From: Octopus sinensis
Lineage: Eukaryota
Assembly (NCBI RefSeq): GCF_006345805.1
Contig: NW_021828964.1
Coordinates: 1-7,137 of the forward strand
Length of the DNA stretch: 7,137 nt
Reading direction: 5' to 3'
Below, one piece after another: positions 1-7,137 of the stretch. The notes under the pieces were generated by a model. It was not told the origin of the DNA and searched no databases. It saw only the letters and a list, made by a program, of their open reading frames with translations. The translations under genes were made by a program, and so were the position numbers. Position 1 is the first letter of the stretch, and each line of letters starts with the position of its first letter.

Positions 1-391
1 ACCCAAAGGGGCTAACAACAGAGAGACAAACAAGGACAGACAAACGATTAAGTTGATTACATTGATCCCATTGCGTAACTGGTACTTATTTAATCGACCC
101 CGAAAGGATAAAAGCAAAGTCGACCTCGGCGGAATTTGAACTCAGAGCGAACGGTAGACGAAATACCGATTTCTTTACTACCCACAAGGGTCTAACACAA
201 GAGGGTAAACATGACAAACAGATTAATTCGATTATATCGACCCCAGTGCGTAACTGGTACTTATTTAATCAACCCTGGAAGGATGAAAGGCAAAGTCGAC
301 CTCGGCGGAATTTGAACTCAGAACGTAACGGCAGACGAAATACGGCTACACATTTCGCCCGGCGTTCTAACGTTTCTGCCAGCTCGCCGCC
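1..391 (-). mobile_element. tRNA-derived SINE, family A (Meta/beta-domain type, possibly octopus OR1-like): head plus two tandem body units, truncated by the window edge
   Basis: The minus strand starts at 391 with GGCGGCGAGCTGGCAGAAACGTTAG (A-box-like), then GAGTTCAAATTCC (B box), then GAGGTCGACTTTGCCTTTCATCC...AAGTACCAG. The body repeats with ~177-bp period (GAAATAC at 160 and 337). It is closely similar to the inverted copy at 1470-1680. The family name is from recall. Confidence 0.85.
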
Positions 392-754
392 TTGTTTATA
401 TATATTACAGTTATGTTGAAACAGGTGATACGGGAAAGCGCAGCATCGACGACAAAACATTTGTGGAGTAAATGATGATCTAATTTGACTAATCGACATG
501 TAATACGTCAGTTTCGAGGGTTCCATGCCCTAACCTAGCATGGAAAATTGGGGCGGGGGTACGTTATTTGAATCCACCGAAAAGCTGTCAAGTGGGTATA
601 TTCACCTTTGAGACTGTCAGCGCTGCGTCTAATACGACCCATCGTATGGTTGACAGTGAAATTAATCGAGGTGTAATGGAGATATTGTACGTAAATGGGT
701 ACATTCTGGAAATGGGCTGCAATGAGAGAGGGTAACGGGGAAGTGAACTGTTGA

Positions 755-1221
755 AAGGGGTTAAGGAGGAGCTGGTAGTGTTGGCAATCTTACCTTACCA
801 CTCGAGCAGCACATGCCATTAGTTTCATTTGGAAATATTTGAAAGCTTTGTAGAAGCGATCATTTGTGTGTAGCACAACAACTTATACAGAATTATCATT
901 TTTATAAGAATGGGATGGATCATATCTGAAAGCAGATCTTGGTATTGTGAAGAACGAATTTGCATGTGGTCTATTTCTGAGAGCTATTGTATTGGACTTC
1001 TGTCTAATCTGGCGTGCTAAACGTTGTTCTAATGACTCGGCATTAAGTATTACTATATCTCTTCTCCCTTGAGACTCCATTTGACGTGCAGCACTATGCT
1101 TCTGCTGATCTTGGGAAAGTCTCACTTCCTTTCTCTGTTGAAACACTCGCATTCGATTTTCTGCAATCGTCCTCGCTTTATACGTGTTTCTGGAGAGATT
1201 ACGTCCTTTCTTTGGTGGCAT
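755..1221 (-). pseudogene. Degenerate 5' coding region of a Helitron Rep/helicase (basic N-terminus, STPR-like repeats, AFRYDP motif, Cys motif)
   Basis: ORF 1221-883 reads MPPKKGRNLSRN...ESLEQRLAR...AFRYDP. After its stop the same frame gives YKAFK (852-838). A frameshift near 837 then gives FPNETNGMCCSSGKVRLPTLPAPP*PL (835-755). This matches the conserved animal Helitron N-terminal pattern A-x-K-F-x-x-E-x-x-G-M-C-C-x-x-G-K-V-x-L-P...P-P-E-P-L. It contains two stops (885-883, 763-761) and one frameshift. Confidence 0.85.
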
Positions 1222-1317
1222 ATTTTTTCAATATTGTAAACAAAGAATTATGAATATAGAAAGAATATACATTAACCTCTATTTTTTAAGCAGTTGTGTG
1301 TATATAGTATGTCCGTA

Positions 1318-1416
1318 TTAGTACCAGTTACGCACTGGGAGTCGATATAATCGACTGGTACCCTCCCCCAAAATTTCAGGCCTTGTGCCTATAGTAGAAA
1401 GGATTATCTGAATGAA
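1318..1416 (+). mobile_element. 3' fragment of SINE family A (end of central domain plus 3' tail)
   Basis: AGTACCAGTTACGCACTGGGAGTCGATATAATCGAC is followed by CCCAAAATTTCAGGCCTTGTGCCTATAG...TTATCTGAATGAA. The same tail occurs at ~1757-1852. Confidence 0.8.
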
Positions 1417-1422
1417 ATATAA

Positions 1423-1852
1423 GGCGACAAGCAGACATAACCATTTGAACTCCGGACAAACTGCTAAGCACGCCGGGCGAAATACTTAGCAGTATTTCGT
1501 CTGCCGTTACGTTCTGAGTTCAAATTCCGCCGAGGTCGACTTTGCCTTTCATCCTTTCGGGGTCGATAAATTAAGTACCAGTTACGCACTGGGGTCGATG
1601 TAATCAATTTAATCCGTTTGTCTGTCCTTGTTTGTCCTCTCTGTGTTTAGCCCCTTGTGGGTAGTAAAGAAATAGGTATTTCTTCGGGCTTTACACGATG
1701 AGTTTAAGCACATCCGAGGTCAACTTTGCCTTTCATCCTTTCGGTTCGATAAAATAAGTACCATTTCAGCACTGGAATCGATGTAATTGACTAACCTTTC
1801 CCCGTAAAATTTCAGGCCTGGTGCCTATAACAGAGTGGTTTATCTGAACGAA
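1423..1852 (+). mobile_element. SINE family A: altered head, one full body unit, a second diverged unit and the 3' tail
   Basis: GGCGACAAGC at 1423 and GCACGCCGGGCGAAAT at 1468. B box GAGTTCAAATTCC at 1516-1528. Central domain at 1532-1581. The unit restarts at GTATTTC 1676 (first unit 1492, period 184). Tail ...AAAATTTCAGGCCTGGTGCCTATA...TTATCTGAACGAA. Confidence 0.85.
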
Positions 1853-2007
1853 CTAATAGTTGAAGTGGTAGGTTAGTGATGCATTTTGCAGTAACGTCAC
1901 AAAAGGTCATGAAAACACTGCTATAACTGATAAAATTGACAGCGTCGACTTAGAAATTATTCGGTAGTATATTCCTCAGAGATTTCATGGTTTTATTTTG
2001 CATATAT

Positions 2008-2171
2008 GCAGGCATAGCTGAGTGGATAAAAAGGTCACTTTGCAGCCACGCGGTTTCGGGTTCAGCCCCGTTGTGCGGTGGCATCTTGTGCAGGTATCTT
2101 CTACTATAGCCCCGGGCTAACCAATGCCTTGTGAGTGGACGACGAAAAATATATGGAAGACTGTTGTATGT

Positions 2172-2224
<53 letters not shown>

Positions 2225-2470
2225 CGCGCGCGCGCGTGTGTGGTGTGTGTGTGTGTGTGCATGTGTGTTTTAGTGTTTGCGTCTACTCCCCATTACTGCT
2301 TGCCAGCCGGTCTTGCGTTCTTTACTTCCTCGTAACATAGCTTTCCGGCAAAAGGTACCGATAGTATAAGTAGCAGACTTTAAAAATTTGTACTGTGATT
2401 TGTTCGACTAAATTCTTCAAGGCATGGCCGGAATCTAATGACTGAAGCAAGCTAAAGATAAAGGATAAAA
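2008..2470 (+). mobile_element. tRNA-derived CORE-type SINE, family B (possibly octopus OR2-like), near full length with an internal (TG)n tract
   Basis: A-box-like TAGCTGAGTGG and B-box-like GGTTCAGCC (2059-2067). CORE-like CTTGTGCAGGTATCTTCTACTATAGCC. Internal microsatellite at 2177-2267. The 3' tail ...TTCAAGGCATGGCCGGAATCTAATGACTGAAGCAAG matches the tail fragment at 5952-6007 and the minus copy at 5061-5457. Confidence 0.8.
2173..2267. repeat. Compound (TG)22-CG-TG-(CG)6-(TG)n microsatellite
   Basis: Read directly: (TG)22 at 2177-2220, (CG)6 at 2225-2236, unbroken purine/pyrimidine alternation at 2173-2242. Confidence 0.97.
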
Positions 2471-2940
2471 GAGACTGCATCTCAGTGCCGATTTTTGATT
2501 TGTATTTTGTTGTCAGAAAATTTTCCTTCTATATTTATTCTCTTCACTTCTGTGGAATTCAATATATAATGGCTTAGCAGTCAACACGAGTTTTCTTAAC
2601 TTATTTTATATATTGTATTATAATGCTTCGCAATGCCTAATTATTGTAAATGCATAGTCTCCCGTTGAGAAGGTGTATTTGTGTGTCCGATGTAACAGTC
2701 TGAGTCATGTAGTTTACTACTTCGAAGTTTTCATCGAAATTCCTATATTAATTTCGTTGTCTGAAGTACGTTCTGAAGTTTACAAGACGCTAGTTTCACG
2801 TTGATGGGGGGGGGGCTTTTATTCATTTATTTTGTAATATATTCCAAATATGAGGTTATAGTTCGATGGGGAAAATATTTAATAAAATCCTGAACTCGAC
2901 TGTTTTAATAGCAAATGAGACAAAAACAGTTCTTTATTTT

Positions 2941-2986
<46 letters not shown>

Positions 2987-2996
2987 AACACACACA
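2941..2996. repeat. (CA)13(TA)10 compound microsatellite
   Basis: Read directly: CA at 2941-2966, TA at 2967-2986, then a short CA run. Confidence 0.97.
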
Positions 2997-3000
2997 TAAA

Positions 3001-3188
3001 GCGGCGAGCTGGTAGAAACGTTAGCACGCCGCTACATTCTGACTTCAAATTCCGCCGAGGTCGACTTTGCCTTTCATCGATAAATAAAGAACCAGTTTCG
3101 CACTGGGGTTGATGTAATGAACTTAATCCTTTTGTCTGTCCTTGTTTGTCCCCTCTATGTTTAGCCCCTTGCGGGCAGTAAAGAAATA
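3001..3188 (+). mobile_element. SINE family A, single unit with internal deletions and no 3' tail
   Basis: GCGGCGAGCTGGTAGAAACGTTAGCACGCCG head; GACTTCAAATTCCGCCGAGGTCGACTTTGCCTTTCATC body; ends at GTAAAGAAATA and runs into (TA)n. Confidence 0.85.
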
Positions 3189-3230
3189 TATATATATATG
3201 TATATATACACGCATATACATTTGCATAAT

Positions 3231-3372
3231 GTCACCACGGACGAACCATCCGTTTCGAATCTCAGACTCTGATCTGGGAATTTTAATAATGCTCTCCTCG
3301 GATAACGAATATATTTGACTCCTGATGAGAATCTGAGTGAGATTCGATGGTTTACGCATTGATACAATATTC
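3231..3372. ncRNA. Two degenerate, inverted remnants of a probable type I hammerhead ribozyme (likely inactive)
   Basis: Plus strand: CTGATGA (3322-3328), then a perfect 6-bp stem GAATCT/AGATTC (3329-3334/3340-3345) with a G-C first pair, then GA(TG). Minus strand (3262 to 3240): AGATTC-GAAACG-GATGGTT-CGTC, read as stem II 3' arm, GAAA, 3-bp stem III and a GUC triplet. The plus copy equals the minus copy with a 6-nt deletion (AAACGG). Confidence 0.6.
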
Positions 3373-3499
3373 AAATGAAATTATTTCAACTCTCAAGTCG
3401 GATAATTATTGACTGCTTCGTTGATTAGTAGTTTCTCAATTTTATAACTAAGACACTGATTTACTTTGTTTAGTATATAAGTTTGCCCTCACTGCGTGT

Positions 3500-4070
<571 letters not shown>

Positions 4071-4260
4071 CCCTACGATGCTTAGCAAGCCACTTGTTCA
4101 AGTATTAAGATTAACTGGAAATGTCTGGCAAACGTCACAACTACAAATGCTTACATTATTGATGAAGGAACAATAAATTAACATTTACCAACACCATTCA
4201 ATCTTGTAAAAGACAAAAGATTACACGGTAGCAAGGCCATCTTTATGTTTCTTAGGTTAA

Positions 4261-4314
4261 TTTTCTTCCTTTCTTCTTTTCTTCCTTCCTTCTTTCTTTT
4301 TCTCTTTCTTCCTC
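4261..4314. repeat. 54-nt pure polypyrimidine tract
   Basis: Only C and T from 4261 to 4314. Confidence 0.95.
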
Positions 4315-4645
4315 AACGAAATTACAACGACCATAATACGAAGAGATTAGAGAAAGGTTTGATAAGGTAGCTTTAATGACCCCTCCTCCTCCATCATTTC
4401 ACCGATGATGGCGACGACGCAGACGATCCTCGAGAGCGGCGGTAAAGGCGGTGCAATAATGCCAACATGCCGGCGAAGACATAAAGTTCCACATTGTAAA
4501 TTACGGACCGAAATTGAACCATAAATTAAATTACGGTTGGCCGTGGTAAGTTGGTATTAAAATCTGACGCTAAGAAGGGGTTAGTGTCTGCTGTAATAGA
4601 TCATTTCTTGAGTAGGATGTGGGGCAGAGCTCGGTGATTGGTTAG
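4315..4645. promoter_or_regulatory. Candidate cis-regulatory island with clustered homeodomain-type motifs
   Basis: Sequence I cannot assign to a repeat family, relatively CpG-rich. It carries TAAATTACGG twice (4497-4506, 4527-4536), CCATAAA (4519-4525), CATAAA (4480-4485), CCATAA (4331-4336), TTAATGA (4373-4379), a GC-box-like GGGGCAGAGC (4621-4630) and a reverse CCAAT (ATTGG, 4637-4641). Motif-level evidence only. Confidence 0.3.
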
Positions 4646-4648
4646 TTT

Positions 4649-4688
4649 AGAAGAGGAGGAGGGGGAGGTAAAGGAGGAGGAAGGAGAA
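4649..4688. repeat. GGA-rich polypurine tract
   Basis: 40 nt of purines with a single T at 4669. Confidence 0.9.
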
Positions 4689-4708
4689 TTAATTATCGTC
4701 ATCGTATT

Positions 4709-5059
4709 GTATATATGTGTGTATGTATGAATGTGCACGTCCGTGTATGTGTAAGTGTATTTGTGTGTGCGTGTGTATATATACATACATATATATATAT
4801 GTGTGTGTATATATATATACGTATGTGCGTGCGTGTATGTATAAATGTATATATATAATACATATATACACACATATATACATATATGTACATATCTACA
4901 CACACATAAATACGTTCACACACACATGCATGCACACACACATACATATGCATGTATGTATATATGTATATATATATGGATATAGATGAATAGATATCGA
5001 GAGATATACATACACAAATATATCTGCTTATATTCACACGCGCGCATGCACAAACACAC
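4709..5059. repeat. Long degenerate compound (TA)/(TG)/(CA) microsatellite
   Basis: Read directly; TG-biased in the left half and CA-biased in the right half. Confidence 0.95.
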
Positions 5060-5060
5060 G

Positions 5061-5457
5061 TTTTCATTTATTTTGCTCTTTGTGCTGCGCCCATGCTGGG
5101 ACACAACCTTGAAGAGTTTAAGTCAATAAAATCAATAAAATCGATCTCAGCACTAATTGTTTAAATTTTGGTACTTATTATATCGACTCTCTTTATCGAA
5201 TTGCTAATGTTACGGACACGTAAACTTTACTAGCATCAGTGTCAAGCGTTCACCGACAATCATAATACAAACACACACATATGCATGTACATATTATAGG
5301 TTTCTGCACAGTTTCCGTCAACCCAGTTCATTCACAAAGCATTGATCGGCCTGGGTGTTTGGTAGAAGACACTTGCCCAATGTGTGGCGCATGGAATTGA
5401 ACCAGATATCACTTGGTTGCAGAACAATTTTCTTAACCACGTTGTTGTAACTGCGCC
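5061..5457 (-). mobile_element. Diverged near-full-length CORE-type SINE, family B
   Basis: The minus strand starts GGCGCAG at 5457 and includes GTGGTTAAG, GGTTCAATTCC, TTGGGCAAGTGTCTTCTACC, a short internal TG/TA tract (~5266-5297) and the tail CTTCAAGGTTGTGTCCCAGCATGGGCGCAG. It is colinear with the copy at 2008-2470. Confidence 0.75.
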
Positions 5458-5723
5458 CATTCACAACCTTACATACATTTCGTAAACACGATCCTGGTTG
5501 AAATTAATAACGCCACCCACGGAAACAACACTACAACAACAGTAAACTATCTGAGAAGATGTAAGTATAACAATAAAAATATGCAAAACTTCTCCCCAAG
5601 ATTAAAATATAACATGGTGTTCGTTATCGACATTCCAGCGATGGCTCTCTGTATCTTTGTTAGAAACTAGCTCCATCCTTAGAAGAAAAATTAAATAATT
5701 AAAAACATTCATACATACATACA

Positions 5724-6355
5724 CTCTGGTGCACACATGAATATACAGCGACAAATGTAGTACATAGTTTCTTAAGAGAAGTATTTTTGTTTAGCAGAAC
5801 ATCACGAAAGACACATGCAGCCAAACGAAACACTTAAAGCATACCATTAAACATCAACGTAACAAGACACATGCAACACATCGCTAAGAACTCATGCAAT
5901 TGCACCACAACAGAAATATGTGCATTACAAAGAAATTGCTTAAAAAATATTAAGGCGATGCTCCAGCATGGCCACAGTCAAAATGACTGAAACAAGTAAA
6001 AGAATAGAAGACTAGTCTACAAACTAAAGAGAACTACATCCGCACCGCTAGTGGAACATTCAAAGATAGTGACACAAAACTTTAAAAATATTCAGAAATG
6101 CACACACGCACACACATACACTCACACAAAAGAAACCCGACGTCTCTATCTAAACACACCTGGGAGCTAAAAGAAAACAAATAAAACTGTCACCACGAAA
6201 TGGAAAATAACAGAATGTGTACCACCATAGATAAATGGTTCCGGAATCTTCCTGCAGGCATCGCAGAAAAAATACCACAACGCATACACACACACACACA
6301 AAAAAAAAAAAACAAATAAGAAGACAGCTTTTGATTAGTCACAGGCAAAAATAAA
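5724..6355 (+). pseudogene. Degenerate C-terminal coding region of a Penelope-like retroelement (Cys-rich linker plus GIY-YIG-type endonuclease)
   Basis: Ordered motif remnants: LW....Y.ATNV..SFL (5724-5774), CNCTTTEICALQRNCLKNI (5895-5951), VYK (6015-6023), YIRTASGTFKD (6035-6067), KRNPTSLSKHTWELKENK (6128-6181), KWKITECVPP*INGSGI (6198-6248), IAEK/YH (6260-6278), NKKTA/IS (6315-6339). This matches the pattern I recall for invertebrate Penelope-like elements: CNC..CPL.G.CL..IVYK...YIG....FK.R...T.LSK..W.LK...W.I....PY.NG...C.LC..EK..I...NKRSEL. It has several stops, frameshifts and insertions. Confidence 0.8.
5952..6014 (+). mobile_element. 5'-truncated 3' tail of SINE family B (or of its partner LINE) inserted into the Penelope-like fossil
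   Basis: AAGGCGATGCTCCAGCATGGCCACAGTCAAAATGACTGAAACAAGTAAAAGAATAG matches the family B tail. It sits between codons K-N-I (ending 5951) and V-Y-K (starting 6015). Confidence 0.75.
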
Positions 6356-6528
6356 AATAAAAGTAATAGATAATGTTATTAATCGTGGTAATTTCAGAAA
6401 TAAATTCAATTGTCACTTTTGCTAAACAGAAAATGTACCTCGTAATTCCAAGACAAAACAGTGTCAGATTTATTTTGTTTCATTTTTTTTTTCGTTCTTG
6501 CTCCAGGCAAACTTTTCCCAGATATATA

Positions 6529-6695
6529 GGCGTAGGAGTGGCTGTGTGGTAAGTAGCTTGCTTACCAACCACATGGTTCCGGGTTCAGTCCCACTGCCTG
6601 GCATCTTGGGCAAGTGTCTTCTATTATAGCCTCTGGCTGACCAAAGCCTTGTGAGTGGATTTGGTTGATGGAAACTGAAAGAAGTCCGTCGTATA
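6529..6695 (+). mobile_element. 5' half of a CORE-type SINE, family B, interrupted at the start of its internal TA/TG tract
   Basis: GGCGTAGGAG head, A box TGGCTGTGTGG (6539-6549), B box GGGTTCAGTCC (6581-6591), CORE-like CTTGGGCAAGTGTCTTCTATTATAGCCT (6605-6632). It ends at CCGTCGTATA. Confidence 0.85.
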
Positions 6696-6801
6696 TCTCT
6701 TATTATAAAAGGCAGATTTTATCTGCCTCCCTTTGTCAGTTATAGAAATCTCTTATTATAAAAGGCAGATTTTATCTGCCTCCCTTTGTCAGTTATAGAA
6801 A
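6696..6801 (+). repeat. Perfect 53-bp tandem duplication, each unit with an 8-bp hairpin
   Basis: TCTCTTATTATAAAAGGCAGATTTTATCTGCCTCCCTTTGTCAGTTATAGAAA occurs identically at 6696-6748 and 6749-6801. Hairpin AGGCAGAT-TTT-ATCTGCCT at 6710-6728 and 6763-6781. Confidence 0.97.
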
Positions 6802-7137
6802 TCTACAATATAGGATTTCTTCAATTACAATTTACCTAGCATTTTTAAGAGTAGAATGCATCGGGTCATGCCAGGTCCAGTTTTTAAAATTTAAACTCCA
6901 ATTAAGCAAAATTTACAGAAAACTCACATTCTGGTGTGTATGTCAAATGCTTTTCTTAATGTGGTTTACACCACACGTACACACACAGTGTGCAACAAAT
7001 AAAATGAAAGTAATTCACTGTGTGTGTGTTGACAGGTAGACAATAGAATGCGATGGCGATGGCGATGTAATATTTGTTTCTGTCTATCACGCTGATAGAT
7101 ACATGAGTAAAATGTATGGCAAGCTAAGAGATAAGAG
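6696..7137 (+). mobile_element. Candidate non-autonomous Helitron (5' part; 3' end not seen in the window)
   Basis: It starts with TC right after an A (6695|6696) and interrupts a SINE in a TA run. The start TCTCTTATTATAAAAG resembles animal Helitron 5' ends of the TC...TATAAA type. No 3' hairpin plus CTRR is visible. Confidence 0.45.

Noticed and set aside
269-526. 85-aa ORF on the minus strand
   Set aside because: Its second half is translated SINE sequence (EFKFRRGRLCLSS also appears in ORF 2915-3112), and there is no protein family signal.
1973-1979. CTGAGGA on the minus strand as another hammerhead core
   Set aside because: It is not followed by a stem II hairpin or GAAA.
2131-2340. 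Two overlapping ORFs rich in CV/VC
   Set aside because: They are translations of the (TG)n microsatellite inside a SINE.
3240-3350. Idea that the two hammerhead halves complement each other in trans
   Set aside because: They lie on opposite strands, so sense and antisense RNAs would form a plain duplex rather than a catalytic core.
2915-3374. ORFs of 65, 83 and 68 aa
   Set aside because: They consist of microsatellite, SINE and the hammerhead-like region, with no coding signature.
4405-4524. 39-aa ORF MMATTQTILESGGKGGAIMPTCRRRHKVPHCKLRTEIEP
   Set aside because: It is short, resembles no protein I recognise, and has no splice support.
4601-5104. Five ORFs rich in Y/I/H/T/C/V
   Set aside because: They are translations of the compound TA/TG/CA microsatellite.
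5085-5460. 10-bp direct repeat CTGCGCCCAT (5085-5094 and 5451-5460) as a target-site duplication
   Set aside because: Both copies overlap SINE-internal sequence (tail and head), so this is probably a chance match.
5606-5700. Possible minus-strand exon MELVSNKDTESHRWNVDNEHHVIF after TTTTTCTTCTAAG
   Set aside because: The acceptor is a weak AAG, there is no consensus donor, and the peptide is short and unrecognised.
5808-5875. Direct repeat AAGACACATGCA, 56 bp apart
   Set aside because: Only two exact copies, inside the decayed Penelope-like region, with no array structure; not CRISPR-like.
6529-6600. tRNA-like A and B boxes here and at 391, 2008, 3001 and 5457
   Set aside because: No complete cloverleaf is evident and each continues into SINE body, so these are SINE heads, not tRNA genes.
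7131-7137. ATAAGAG at the window end as an inverted partner of CTCTTAT (6697-6703)
   Set aside because: Only 7 bp match, the adjacent bases disagree, and the window edge prevents a test.

Overview
Eukaryotic, AT-rich, repeat-saturated DNA with no intact protein-coding gene, rRNA, true tRNA or CRISPR array. The SINE families look like those I recall from octopus genomes; this is an inference from recall, not a database result. The window holds several copies of two tRNA-derived SINE families (one with a Meta/beta-type central domain and tandemly reiterated bodies, one CORE-type with an internal microsatellite) and long microsatellites. Four features are missing or incomplete in the ORF track. 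(1) A decayed Helitron Rep/Hel 5' coding remnant at 755-1221 (-). (2) A decayed Penelope-like retroelement C-terminus (Cys-rich linker plus GIY-YIG-type nuclease) at ~5724-6355 (+), split by a SINE tail and CA repeats. (3) Two broken, inverted remnants of a probable type I hammerhead ribozyme at 3231-3372. (4) A candidate non-autonomous Helitron 5' end with a perfect 53-bp hairpin-containing tandem duplication at 6696. A unique, homeodomain-motif-rich island at ~4315-4645 is a candidate enhancer. I see no convincing evidence of a wholly new biological system; the hammerhead remnants and the Penelope fossil are the best leads.
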